The notes below the pieces were generated by a model. That model saw only the letters and a program-made list of their open reading frames with translations. It searched no databases and was not told the origin of the DNA. The position numbers and the translations under genes are program-made. A stretch of DNA of 64,000 bases from an uncultured bacterium (GTDB lineage: Bacteria; Chlamydiota; Chlamydiia; Chlamydiales; JAJFMA01). The stretch covers positions 18,123 through 82,122 of the forward strand of contig CAYUJS010000002.1 in assembly GCA_964445105.1 (NCBI GenBank). The letters run 5' to 3'. Positions 27,072 to 37,335 of the stretch are shown here, piece after piece (position 1 is the first letter of the stretch; each line of letters begins with the position of its first letter).

Positions 27072-28841
27072 TTAAAGAACAACACCCTTGTAGACAAGTG
27101 CTTTAGCAGGGTCGAGCGTGACCAGCTGCCCCTCCTTAAGTACTGCAAAAGCGTTACTCACTCCAATGAGAACTGGTTTCTGCCACTTGCTAGCAAGTTG
27201 CAACAAAATTTGTTCCGATAGTTCATCTTCTGGGTGGTTGGCCAGCAAAATGCCAGCAGCGCCCTTGATAAAGGGTTCGTAATTAGCGTCACAGCCTTTT
27301 ACCACCAGTATATGTCCGCGTAACGTAAACAGCTCACGAGCCTCAGGAGCCAGGAGTAAACCAACGTTACCATAGACGCGACTGCCGGCTCCGGAGTGAC
27401 CGCGCAATAGGACATCGCCTATACTTTCTACCAGCATCATGTTCGTCGTGCCAGAAACGCCAAAGGGCGTGCCAGCCGTCACGACTACCAGGTCGCCCAT
27501 ACTCACCAGTTCTTGTCCGATAGCAAATTGGCTGAGCGTTTTATAGGCTTCATCGATCCCTCCAGGCGTATCGCTTTGAAAGGGCGTGACACCCCACTCA
27601 GAAGCTAGCTGATGGTAGGTTTTGATATTGGGAGTCATCGCGACGATTGGCATACTGGGGCGCATACGTGAAAGCAAACGCGCCGTCGAACCACCTCTGG
27701 TAAAAGCGAAAATTGCCTGAGCATTAGAACTATACGCCGTTTTCACCGCTGACATACTCACCGCCGACGGCACATCGTGGTACACCACTTGCCCGTACTG
27801 CGCAAGAAAGTTCAGGTGGGGAAAATCTACCTCGGTCTCTAGAATCACACTACGCATCACCTTTACAGCTTCTATGGGATACTTACCCACCGCTGTTTCG
27901 CCAGATAGCATCACGGCCGAAGTACTATCTAAAATAGCGTTGGCAATGTCTGACACTTCAGCACGGGTGGGACGCGGATTCACCATCATAGATTCCAGCA
28001 TCTGCGTCGCAGTAATAGAGGGTTTGCCCGCCAAGTACGCTTTGCGTATCATCATTTTCTGTAAACGCGGAACCTGGCTGATAGGCACCTCAACGCCTAG
28101 ATCGCCGCGAGCAATCATGACTCCGTCAGCAACTTGGATGATGCTGTCGAAGTTCAAAACACCCTCAGCATTTTCAATCTTGGCCATGACAAGTATGTCT
28201 GGCTTACCATGCTCAGCCAAAAAGTTTTTAATCGCCAATACGTCGCTTGCCGTACGCATGAAAGAAGCTGCGACAATGTCCACATCTTGCTCGCAGCCGA
28301 ATGCTAGATCACGTTCGTCATTTGCTGTCATTGAGGGGAGATTTAGCTTTACATTGGGAATGTTAACGCCTTTGCGCCCCTTGAGCACTCCCCCATTCTC
28401 AATGCGCACCAGCACACCTTCAGGCCGCACCTGGACAACTCTGGAGGAGATATAGCCATTGTCAAACAGAATTTGAGAGCCTACCGAAACTTGATCTAGT
28501 ACCTGTGGGGGCGTAATCGAAAGGCGCTTACACGACCCCTCTACGTTCTCCCTAACTATCCACAACTCATCGCCCAAGCAAAGATTCGCTTCATTTCTCG
28601 CAAGTTGGCCTATGCGAATTTCTAGCCCTTTAGTGTCCAACATAACCGCTAGTGGCACCTGCATGCGTAGGCGAACCCGTTTTAGCAGATCTATCGTCTC
28701 GCGGTGCTCGTCTAGAGATCCATGGCTAAAATTGATCCGAGCGACATTCATGCCTGCTTTGATCAGGTCTTGAATGGCCTCTTCTGATTGAACAGATGGT
28801 CCAATAGTGCAAACGATTTTTGTGCGAATAGGCTTGGGCAT
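27072..28841 (-). CDS. pyk: pyruvate kinase with an extra C-terminal PEP-utilizer-like domain
   Basis: 589 aa, MPKPIRTKIVCTIGPS, MVARGDLGVE-type motif (MIARGDLGVEVP). About 110 extra C-terminal residues resemble the swivel domain seen in Bacillus-type pyruvate kinases. Confidence 0.95.
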   Translation of the reverse strand: MPKPIRTKIVCTIGPSVQSEEAIQDLIKAGMNVARINFSHGSLDEHRETIDLLKRVRLRMQVPLAVMLDTKGLEIRIGQLARNEANLCLGDELWIVRENVEGSCKRLSITPPQVLDQVSVGSQILFDNGYISSRVVQVRPEGVLVRIENGGVLKGRKGVNIPNVKLNLPSMTANDERDLAFGCEQDVDIVAASFMRTASDVLAIKNFLAEHGKPDILVMAKIENAEGVLNFDSIIQVADGVMIARGDLGVEVPISQVPRLQKMMIRKAYLAGKPSITATQMLESMMVNPRPTRAEVSDIANAILDSTSAVMLSGETAVGKYPIEAVKVMRSVILETEVDFPHLNFLAQYGQVVYHDVPSAVSMSAVKTAYSSNAQAIFAFTRGGSTARLLSRMRPSMPIVAMTPNIKTYHQLASEWGVTPFQSDTPGGIDEAYKTLSQFAIGQELVSMGDLVVVTAGTPFGVSGTTNMMLVESIGDVLLRGHSGAGSRVYGNVGLLLAPEARELFTLRGHILVVKGCDANYEPFIKGAAGILLANHPEDELSEQILLQLASKWQKPVLIGVSNAFAVLKEGQLVTLDPAKALVYKGVVL

Positions 28842-28920
28842 AATATCCTCCAGTACTAACGTGCAACGGGAAGATCGATTTTCTCAAGGAGAAATTGCAG
28901 TTTCTGCTAAACTGCCCTTT

Positions 28921-29463
28921 ATGAAGATACTCCTTGCCTTTTTATTATGTCTTTGTGAGGCCCCCTGCCAGGCAGAAATCATGTGGGTTTCAGGCTCATG
29001 GTGGCCAGCCGGTGTGCCAGACAGCACCCAAAAGCTCCTCGAGCGACGCTTCAAAACCGTTGCCGAAGTGCGCCGGTACGAGGTTGACATGGCCTCTGGT
29101 AACGCGGTTCTTTACTGGAAACCCAACGCGAAGTACTCCGACAAGATCGTCAGAAGTATCTTCGCCTGGTCGGGGATCACTAGCTATGAATCGAGAATTA
29201 AAGCGCGCGGGGTTATTGAAGTAAAGGGACGGCAGCTCTACTTGGTTTCCCTTGGCGATGGCACCGAATTTCCCCTCTATAGCCAAAATAGCGACGCCCA
29301 GCTCAGGCCCGTCCTGCAACAGCATGAGCTGGAGCCTCTGATAAAAGCCCGGCTAGAAAGTGCCGCTAGCAACCACGAGTTAATCACTATCCAAGGGCTT
29401 CTTTTCACTTCGCTACGCCCGCCCGTTGGGATTGCTGTCGAGCAGGTCACGTCCGACGAATAG
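28921..29463 (+). CDS. hypothetical secreted protein
   Basis: The start is taken at ATG 28921, which gives the signal peptide MKILLAFLLCLCEAPCQAE. I recognise no family. Confidence 0.5.
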   Translation: MKILLAFLLCLCEAPCQAEIMWVSGSWWPAGVPDSTQKLLERRFKTVAEVRRYEVDMASGNAVLYWKPNAKYSDKIVRSIFAWSGITSYESRIKARGVIEVKGRQLYLVSLGDGTEFPLYSQNSDAQLRPVLQQHELEPLIKARLESAASNHELITIQGLLFTSLRPPVGIAVEQVTSDE

Positions 29464-30185
29464 ATGGGCGTTAAATCAGTCTGCAATGCAAGCCATATGG
29501 AAATGTGCTATTTTTGTCAGCCTCCCAGCATCTATCCAAGCACCATTCCGCGCCGCCAAGTTCTTCTGCTGAGCAGCAAGACTTGCTATCTCGTGAGGCT
29601 CGGCAATTGAGACGAACAGTCTTTCTGCTTCAAGCAGTTGACTATGTTTTTAATCCAAGAAATCACTTGACATCCAGCCCAAAATCGCCGAAGTCCACAC
29701 GCACAGAACCGATTTATGTCCAAGGCTTGCGCAATTAAGTTATTGTCTTTGGCCAAGCGCATATTCAGATCAGTATCTTTAACAAAAGTAAATCCTAGCT
29801 GCTCATCTCCCCTCTACTCCTCATAGTAGCCATGCAATCCGCCGTTGAAACGCACCCTTCATGAGACTGTTTGCAAGCACTGATTGGTCTCGTTACCTAA
29901 AGAACTGGTATCTTGTTTCCGTTCTTCAACGCGACATGGAAGAACTTATCTTGAGGGGCACGAGATTTTTGGCCCGGCTCTAAAACGACATAATTCACCT
30001 CATAGGAATCCAAAGGGTGGCTTACATAAAACTCGAATTGTTGTTTTATGGGATCCCTATTCGCTCTATAACCTGGTATTAGGCCCGTGGAGAAGGCGAT
30101 CCTCCTCCTGTTTTATTAACTCTTCAATAAAACGTGCATCCGACTGCTGATCCTCTGGGCTCATGGCGTCCTCTAGATAACGCAC

Positions 30186-30458
30186 TTACCTTTCGGCTAC
30201 TTTTCTTGCTTGTTTACGTCTGATAGCTTCAATAGAATCTTGTAAAAGAGGGGTAACCACGAGATCCCACTCAAAAGCACTTAAAATTTTATTTAATGTG
30301 GAAAGGCTTACGCTCGCCATCCCCTGTTCGAATCGAAAAACTGTAGACTGTGGGATCTCAGATCGCTTTGCTAATGTTTTTTGCGATATCGCTACTCAAA
30401 GAAGCGCTCCAATGGCAAGGCCTCGAACAGCTAGTTTTGTTTGCCGTGTCGCTTGCAT
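30186..30458 (-). pseudogene. XRE-family helix-turn-helix (antitoxin-like) gene with an in-frame TGA
   Basis: The minus-strand translation is MQATRQTKLAVRGLAIGALL*VAISQKTLAKRSEIPQSTVFRFEQGMASVSLSTLNKILSAFEWDLVV... The HTH_3 pattern (SQ..LA......S.....E.G) is intact apart from TGA at 30396-30398. A CGA (Arg) codon there would restore the usual consensus. Confidence 0.55.
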
Positions 30459-30812
30459 AATTTCTTCAATAACAAGTTTATCTGAAAAGGAGGCGAATTC
30501 ATCGGTTAGCCTCAGCCTTATAATAGCATAAGGGCTATAAAATAGAATCTTTCTTTATGCTTATAGCGCATTGAAATGCACATAAAATATGCCATATTTA
30601 CATATATTTTTGTCTGATCGGCGGAAACTTCCGCTGCTTTTTTAGAAGACCTGAGGGATGGCTTGCCTAGCAAATCCAACGCGGTCGGCAAACCTACTGG
30701 CGGGCCTAATTTTTAAACGAACAAACAGCAAACGCCCCAGCTAGTCCCACGCGCTAGAGTTAGGTATAAAAAGGTGGACATTTTAGCTTTCTTTCGGTGT
30801 ATAATCTCCCGT

Positions 30813-33800
30813 ATGACACAGCAACAAAACATTATTCTGAAAAAAGTGAGAGTGCATAACCTCAAGTCGGTTGATCTTGAGTTAGAGCCCAATCAACTGA
30901 TCGTATTCACCGGTGTGTCGGGATCCGGAAAATCATCCCTGGCGTTCGATACTCTTTATGTCGAGGGCCAGCGACGCTATGTGGAATCCTTGTCGACCTT
31001 TGCCCGTCGCCAGATGGGCGACATGTCGCGTCCCGAGCTAGAACATGCCGAAGGCATCTCTCCCACAATTTCCATCGAACAGAAAACAGCCGGCCGCAAC
31101 CCACGCTCCACTGTGGGAACCCTCACCGAGATTTACGACTACCTCCGTGTTCTTTACGCACGTGTGGCCACGCCGCACTGTCCTGTTAGCGGCGAGCCCG
31201 TCTCTCCTCAAAGCCGCGAGAGGATCATCCGCGAAGTGCAAAGTCTCCCCAACGGCACTAAACTGACCATTCTCGCTCCGTACGCCCGCGGTAAAAAAGC
31301 CGAATTTAAAGAAGACTTTCAAGAACTTCTGCGCAAAGGATTTGTCCGAGCGCGCGTGGACGGACAGATCATTTCCTTATCCGAAGGCATCGCCCTGGAC
31401 GGTAGCGTCTCGCACGATGTAGATGTGGTCATTGACCGTATTGCCCTGCAAAAGGCCAATCATTCGCGCATAGCAGAAGCACTCACACAGGCGTTAGAAC
31501 TAGGAAATGGCTTATGCAGTATCTTAGAGACCGATGCAAGCAATGAACGCCTCTTTTCCATGCACGCCCATTCGCCTAAATCAGGCCTCTCTTACGGCGC
31601 CTTGGAGCCACACGATTTCTCTTTCAATAGCCCCGCAGGCATGTGCTCGCGCTGTAACGGTATGGGACACGTTCAAGAATTCGATCTCGACAAGATCATC
31701 GACCCAAACCTCAGCATTGCAGAAAACTGTTGTAGCGTGGGTAGCGGTTATGAAACTGTCTACTACGGAAACGTCTACGATAATCTCGCTCGCCTCTACA
31801 AATTCAGCGTCGACACACCCTGGAAAAAGCTTTCCAGTACTGCCCAACGCGTTTTTCTGTACGGAATCGGGACCAAAGCTGTGCGCATGCAATTTGCCAG
31901 CAAAACGAAAGATACAATTTGGCATGACTATGTCCACTGGAATGGCGTTTTGGCAGAGGCACACGCCAGATATCGCGATGCTAAAAGCGATAGCTATCGC
32001 AACCGTGTAGAGCAGCTCATGAGCGAACAGACCTGCCCCGACTGCGCAGGTAAGCGGTTGAAACCCTATCCGGCCGCCGCGCGCCTGGCTGGCAAAGGCA
32101 TCAGTGAGCTTACGGCCCTCACCGTCGCCGAATGTGCTGCCTTCTTCGAACGTCTGCAACTACCCGGGCAAGAGCAGATCATCGCCGAGGAGCTACTCAA
32201 AGAGATTAGCCAGAGGCTGCGCTTCCTACTGGATGTCGGTCTCCATTATCTCACGCTCGACCGCACCGCGCCCACCCTCTCAGGTGGCGAGGCGCAGCGT
32301 GTGAGACTAGCCTCTCAGATAGGCTGTGGATTAGTTGGTATCACTTATATTCTCGACGAGCCGTCTATCGGCCTCCATCCACGAGATAACGCAAAACTCA
32401 TTCTCACGCTCAAGGCTCTGCGCGACAAAGGAAATACGGTCATTGTCGTCGAACACGATGCCGAAACCATGTGGGAAGCTGACCACGTCGTCGATTTCGG
32501 ACCCGGTGCCGGCGTAAAGGGAGGCCACATTCTGTGCAGCGGCAAGCTCAAAGACCTCGTCGCCAATAAAAAATCGCTAACCGCCGACTATCTCACCGGC
32601 AGGAAAGAGATCGCCGTTCCCAAAAAACGTCGCTCCGGTAGCGGTGAGAAGCTAACAATCCGCGAAGCCAGCCACCACAACCTAAAAAACATTGACGTAC
32701 AAATCCCTCTGGGGATGCTAATAGCTGTCACCGGCGTCTCCGGCTCAGGCAAATCAAGCCTTATCTCAGAGACACTCTACCCTGCACTTTGCAATCAGCT
32801 CCAAGGTGGCGAACTTACCATCGGTAAATGCAAAAGTATTGAAGGCATCGACCAGATCGACAAGATTATCGCCATCGACCAAACCCCGATCGGGCGCAAT
32901 CCGCGTTCCAATCCTGCCACCTACATCAAGCTATTCGACGACATCCGCGATTTATTCACAGAGCTGCCTGAGAGCCGGGCGCGGGGATATAAGCCTGGCC
33001 GCTTTAGCTTTAACGTCAAAGAAGGCACCTGCTCACGCTGTCTCGGGCTGGGCATGGTCAAAATTGATATGGACTTTCTTGAAGCAGCCTGGATCGACTG
33101 CCCGGCGTGCAACGGCCGACGCTTTGATCATGAAACTCTATCCGTGCTTTACAGAGGGAAAAATATCTATGACGTCCTTGAGATGGATGTCGCAGAGGCG
33201 CTAGAGTTTTTCGAGAACATCCCCTATATCCGGCATAAATTGGAAACGCTAGAGCGCGTGGGCATGGAGTACATAAAGCTGGGACAATCTTCCACCACGC
33301 TTTCTGGCGGTGAAGCCCAACGTATTAAGCTGGCTAAGGAGCTCGTGCGCCCAGCGACCGGTAAAACGATGTACATCCTCGATGAACCGACGACTGGCCT
33401 CCATTTCCACGACATCAATCAGCTACTGGGGGTCCTCCACGCTTTTGTCGAAAGAGGCAATACTGTACTCGTCATCGAACACAACATGGACGTGGTCAAA
33501 ACAGCCGATTGGGTGATCGACCTAGGTCCGGAAGGGGGCGCTGGCGGGGGACGTATCGTCGCTTGTGGTAATCCAGAGCAAATTGCCCGCATGAACACGC
33601 CTACAGGTACAGCAATCAAAGAGATCTTAGAGCATGATCCGCAAAGAAAAGTAGTAGAAGTCCTTAACCAACCGCCAAGACTCAGAGCAGCGCAGTGCGA
33701 TTGCACCCACATCGTGATTCGAGGCGCAGAACAGAACAACCTCCAGCATCTCGACCTCGAAATCCCCCGCAACAAACTAACCGTTTGCACTGGGCCCTCT

Positions 33801-36530
33801 GGCTCGGGGAAAACTAGTCTGGCCTTTGATACGGTCTATGCAGAAGGACAACGGCGTTACATTGAATCGCTCTCCCCTTACGCACGCCAGTTCGTCAAGC
33901 AGATGCCTAAGCCAAAAGTAAGCCAAATAGAGGGTCTTTCTCCCGCCATCGCCATTGAGCAGAAAACCCATGCGGGAAATCCACGTAGTACTGTGGGTAC
34001 AATGACCGAAGTTTACGACTACCTCCGGCTTCTCTTCGCTCGTCTTGGCGTGGCGCACTGCCCCGAAACAGGTGAAGTCATCAAAGCCATCAGCAAAGAG
34101 CATATCGTAGATCGCGCCCTGGCTCTTCCCAAAGGTGAAAAACTTCACTTCCTAGCGGCGCTCGAAGTGCGCAAAAATGAGTCTTTTACCGATGTCATCC
34201 AACGCTACCAGCGTCAAGGATTTCTGCGCATACGCCTCAACGGCCAATTCTACGACATCGACCAGCAAGAGCTGCCGTTCGATCGTAGAAAAAAGAACGA
34301 ACTCTTCCTTGTGGTTGACCGCCTCAAAGTGGAAGATGCCGCCAAAATGCGTCTTCTAGAAGCAGTGGAAAACGCTTCACACATCGGTGGCGGTAAACTA
34401 ACTATCCAACGCGAAAAAGGTCCCGATCTCTTCTTTAACCTCACTTTCGCTGTCGAAAGCACTGGCAGATCCTATCCCGAAATCACGCCTCATACCTTCT
34501 CTTTTAATACGCCAGAGGGGATGTGTTCTGATTGCGAAGGGCTCGGATTTCAATATGGAGCCAACCTTAGCCACAATCTAACCATCATGCATTGTTCCGT
34601 CAACGAACTTCTGCATTTGCTCTGCAAACAACGCCTCACCGGCCCCGCATTTGACTTCGCACGCGCTATTTTCAATCAGGAAGGCATACATCTCTATCTG
34701 CCCCTAAAAATGATCCCCGCGCAGCACCTTAACTTCGTACTGAACGGCTCACCAACGGGAAAATGGTATACCTTAGGCAACGGCCTTAAACTCCAGTGGC
34801 AAGGCATCAACCAAGTGCTAGCCAAAGTGGCTAAAAGCGCCAAAAAAGAGCTCAAAGAGCAGGTCATTCCAATGCTCGATGAGCATGAGTGTCCGATCTG
34901 CCATGGGTCACGCCTCAATGCCTTAGCACGTGCAGTCACCATTAACGGTGCCAGCCTAGCTGATGTGTGCCAATGGCCTCTGGAACGCTCTCTGGAGTTT
35001 ATCTCTCAGATTCCTATACCACCGGCCGAAGGCAAGGTTCTGCAAGAAGTCAAACAACAGCTACTCAATCGACTAGGTTTCTTGGACGAAGTGGGGCTCT
35101 CTTACTTAGCTCTAAACCGTCGTGCACCTACCTTGAGCGGGGGCGAATCACAACGCATCCGGCTCGCCCGGCAGCTCGGTAGCGGCCTGACAGGGGTATT
35201 ATACGTGCTCGACGAACCGACAATTGGTCTTCACCCACGCGATAACCACCGCCTCAACCAAGCGTTAAGCCGTCTACAGAAACTCGGCAACACGCTTCTC
35301 ATGGTTGAGCATGACCCCATGACCGTCCAGACCGCCGATTATCTCCTTGATTTTGGGCCCCAATCGGGCAGGCACGGCGGCCATATCACTGCGAGAGGTA
35401 CGCTCAAGCAGGTACAACTAAACGAGAACTCGTTAACCGGTGCCTATCTGTCAGGTAGACGAGCCATCTCCTGCCCCGCCAAACGCCGCGCACCTACCAA
35501 GGCAAAAATCACCGTGCAAAACGCCTGTAAGCACAATCTAAAAGCCCTTAACGTGCAAATTCCCCTCAGTTTAATGGTCGCCTTTACAGGTGTCTCTGGC
35601 TCAGGGAAATCTACGTTGCTGCACCAAGTCCTCTTACCAGCTTGCGAGCGCCACGTGGGCCAGGCAGGTCCCATTACCATTGAAGGCGCTAAAATAACTG
35701 GCCTACAGCACGTCACGAAGGTGGTGGCTGTCGACCAGAATCCAATTGGGCGCACAAGCCGCTCCGACATAGCCACCTACACGGATGTGCTGACACCGCT
35801 ACGCAATCTGTTTGCCTTGCTACCGGCAGCCAAAATCAAAGGCCTGCAGGCCAAACACTTCAGCTATAACCACCGCAAAGGCATGTGCAGCGCTTGCTGG
35901 GGGCTGGGCTACCGCAGGGTAGAGATGCATTTTCTACCCGACGTAAGGGTGGTATGCCACGAATGCCACGGCCTGCGCCTCAATCCCCTTAGCCTGGAAG
36001 TCTGCTATCAGGAAAAAAACCTAGGGCAATGGCTGGAATGCACCGTAGAGGAGCTAGCGGTGCACTTCGCCCACCACCGCGCACTCAAGCGTCTGCTGGA
36101 TACGCTCATCTCGGTAGGGCTCGGCTATCTTAAGTTAAATCAAGAGATGGTTAGCTTGTCCGGTGGAGAAGCTCAGCGCATCAAACTCAGCCGGGATCTG
36201 GCAAAACGCTCCGCGGGTCCAACCCTGTACCTGCTGGACGAGCCCAGCACAGGTTTACACAGCGAAGATATCCAAAAACTTCTACTCGTCTTGCACCGCT
36301 TAGTCGACCAAGGACACTCCGTCATCTACATCGAGCACCAGGCCGACATGATTCTCAATGCCGACCACGTCATCGACCTGGGACCCGATGCAGGGGACAA
36401 GGGTGGGGAAATCGTCTTCCAAGGCACGCCAGAGGAGCTAGTAAAATGCAAAGAGTCCCTCACAGGAAAATTTCTGACGCACGCAGCAGCGGCTCCTGCT
36501 AAAAAAAGAGGCCGTGCCAGCGAGGGCTGA
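30813..36530 (+). CDS. uvrA: excinuclease ABC subunit A, tandemly duplicated (two complete UvrA modules in one polypeptide)
   Basis: The start is taken at ATG 30813 ([20 protein letters not shown]). Module 1 runs to about nt 33650 and module 2 starts about 33708 ([19 protein letters not shown]). Each module has two Walker A boxes (GVSGSGKSS x2; GPSGSGKTS and GVSGSGKST), two LSGGE(A/S)QR signatures, two (I/V/L)LDEP(S/T) Walker B boxes and Cys-rich zinc modules. Confidence 0.97.
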   Translation: MTQQQNIILKKVRVHNLKSVDLELEPNQLIVFTGVSGSGKSSLAFDTLYVEGQRRYVESLSTFARRQMGDMSRPELEHAEGISPTISIEQKTAGRNPRSTVGTLTEIYDYLRVLYARVATPHCPVSGEPVSPQSRERIIREVQSLPNGTKLTILAPYARGKKAEFKEDFQELLRKGFVRARVDGQIISLSEGIALDGSVSHDVDVVIDRIALQKANHSRIAEALTQALELGNGLCSILETDASNERLFSMHAHSPKSGLSYGALEPHDFSFNSPAGMCSRCNGMGHVQEFDLDKIIDPNLSIAENCCSVGSGYETVYYGNVYDNLARLYKFSVDTPWKKLSSTAQRVFLYGIGTKAVRMQFASKTKDTIWHDYVHWNGVLAEAHARYRDAKSDSYRNRVEQLMSEQTCPDCAGKRLKPYPAAARLAGKGISELTALTVAECAAFFERLQLPGQEQIIAEELLKEISQRLRFLLDVGLHYLTLDRTAPTLSGGEAQRVRLASQIGCGLVGITYILDEPSIGLHPRDNAKLILTLKALRDKGNTVIVVEHDAETMWEADHVVDFGPGAGVKGGHILCSGKLKDLVANKKSLTADYLTGRKEIAVPKKRRSGSGEKLTIREASHHNLKNIDVQIPLGMLIAVTGVSGSGKSSLISETLYPALCNQLQGGELTIGKCKSIEGIDQIDKIIAIDQTPIGRNPRSNPATYIKLFDDIRDLFTELPESRARGYKPGRFSFNVKEGTCSRCLGLGMVKIDMDFLEAAWIDCPACNGRRFDHETLSVLYRGKNIYDVLEMDVAEALEFFENIPYIRHKLETLERVGMEYIKLGQSSTTLSGGEAQRIKLAKELVRPATGKTMYILDEPTTGLHFHDINQLLGVLHAFVERGNTVLVIEHNMDVVKTADWVIDLGPEGGAGGGRIVACGNPEQIARMNTPTGTAIKEILEHDPQRKVVEVLNQPPRLRAAQCDCTHIVIRGAEQNNLQHLDLEIPRNKLTVCTGPSGSGKTSLAFDTVYAEGQRRYIESLSPYARQFVKQMPKPKVSQIEGLSPAIAIEQKTHAGNPRSTVGTMTEVYDYLRLLFARLGVAHCPETGEVIKAISKEHIVDRALALPKGEKLHFLAALEVRKNESFTDVIQRYQRQGFLRIRLNGQFYDIDQQELPFDRRKKNELFLVVDRLKVEDAAKMRLLEAVENASHIGGGKLTIQREKGPDLFFNLTFAVESTGRSYPEITPHTFSFNTPEGMCSDCEGLGFQYGANLSHNLTIMHCSVNELLHLLCKQRLTGPAFDFARAIFNQEGIHLYLPLKMIPAQHLNFVLNGSPTGKWYTLGNGLKLQWQGINQVLAKVAKSAKKELKEQVIPMLDEHECPICHGSRLNALARAVTINGASLADVCQWPLERSLEFISQIPIPPAEGKVLQEVKQQLLNRLGFLDEVGLSYLALNRRAPTLSGGESQRIRLARQLGSGLTGVLYVLDEPTIGLHPRDNHRLNQALSRLQKLGNTLLMVEHDPMTVQTADYLLDFGPQSGRHGGHITARGTLKQVQLNENSLTGAYLSGRRAISCPAKRRAPTKAKITVQNACKHNLKALNVQIPLSLMVAFTGVSGSGKSTLLHQVLLPACERHVGQAGPITIEGAKITGLQHVTKVVAVDQNPIGRTSRSDIATYTDVLTPLRNLFALLPAAKIKGLQAKHFSYNHRKGMCSACWGLGYRRVEMHFLPDVRVVCHECHGLRLNPLSLEVCYQEKNLGQWLECTVEELAVHFAHHRALKRLLDTLISVGLGYLKLNQEMVSLSGGEAQRIKLSRDLAKRSAGPTLYLLDEPSTGLHSEDIQKLLLVLHRLVDQGHSVIYIEHQADMILNADHVIDLGPDAGDKGGEIVFQGTPEELVKCKESLTGKFLTHAAAAPAKKRGRASEG

Positions 36531-36550
36531 CAGCAGCCTTTGCTTACGGA
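36484..36550 (+). repeat. MITE/REP-like element, copy F (right half missing), overlapping the uvrA 3' end
   Basis: CAGCAGCGGCTCCTGCTAAAAAAAG is followed by GGCTGAC and CAGCAGCCTTTGCTTACGG, which align with copy A. The uvrA stop TGA (36528-36530) lies inside the repeat block GGCTGAC. Confidence 0.6.
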
Positions 36551-36564
36551 TACTGATATAAAGT

Positions 36565-37329
36565 TTAAATCGTGCTCGCTCTCAGCTCTAAGAACGCCAT
36601 GCGTTTTATCCTGAGATCGACCACTACGTCCCCCTTCAGAATATCCTTAAGCAAGCTATACCTCCGCACTCCATCTTCCCATCCATCTGCATCTAGCCGC
36701 AACAGATGCTCTGCGCCCTCATAATCCACCGCAACCACTATCTCACGTGTCCCACAAGAAGCAGCGTTCATTTGCGACAAATCTATACGCTTTACACGCA
36801 CACCTTGAGCACCCAGCCGCTCAGCGATGTTGGCAGCCTTGGTAAATCCATCTTCATCTTTCAGATCCAAATAGAATTCAGGTAAACGCTTTGGAGTGAA
36901 AAATGGCTCGGCTGGGAAAGAAAAGCCTTTAGCATCTAATAGGGTATTGGAAAAGTTGCCCAGGTAAGCTACCGGTGTGCGCAACAAATATTTTACATAT
37001 ACGGTATGGGGAGGCAAGACCTTTACACTTACGCTGCCCTCGTGCACTACTGGTAAGGCAGCCAGTTTGCGGCGTGCAGCCTCCGTATCAAAAGCATAAC
37101 AGTTTGTAGGTTGATCCACCGACAGGTCGAACAGCTCCTCCAGATAACCTGGGTTCAGTGCTTCTCTAGGAGCTTGCACGATGGTCGTTAGGGAGTACGC
37201 AGGACTGTGCTGACGCTCCCATTTATTTTGGCGGTAGTAGCGCCACACACCTATAGCGCTTCCCGTGACAACTGCTGCACTCAGAAGGATAAAAAACAGA
37301 GCGCGTAATAAGGGAACTCTAGGTGGCAT
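36565..37329 (-). CDS. ftsQ: cell division protein FtsQ-like (POTRA domain)
   Basis: 254 aa with an N-terminal TM (LLRALFFILLSAAVVTGSAIGVW) followed by a POTRA-like region. It lies immediately downstream of murC/ddl, as in chlamydial dcw clusters. Confidence 0.8.
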   Translation of the reverse strand: MPPRVPLLRALFFILLSAAVVTGSAIGVWRYYRQNKWERQHSPAYSLTTIVQAPREALNPGYLEELFDLSVDQPTNCYAFDTEAARRKLAALPVVHEGSVSVKVLPPHTVYVKYLLRTPVAYLGNFSNTLLDAKGFSFPAEPFFTPKRLPEFYLDLKDEDGFTKAANIAERLGAQGVRVKRIDLSQMNAASCGTREIVVAVDYEGAEHLLRLDADGWEDGVRRYSLLKDILKGDVVVDLRIKRMAFLELRASTI

Positions 37330-37335
37330 GCCGCA

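Noticed and set aside
27874-28455. 193-aa plus-strand ORF inside pyk. Similar antisense ORFs occur inside uvrA (31581-32159, 33419-34148), murC-ddl (39086-39535), mraY/murF (46631-47137, 48794-49231), the coiled-coil gene (57897-58397) and pnp (62607-63110, 63611-63925).
   Set aside because: They are shadow ORFs opposite well-supported genes. The 57897-58397 frame is simply the Ser/Ala/Cys-rich complement of a Glu/Leu/Lys-rich coiled coil.
30320-30345. A GTTCGAATC string resembling a tRNA T-loop.
   Set aside because: No acceptor, D or anticodon arms can be drawn around it. It is simply the antisense of the RFEQG codons of the HTH pseudogene.
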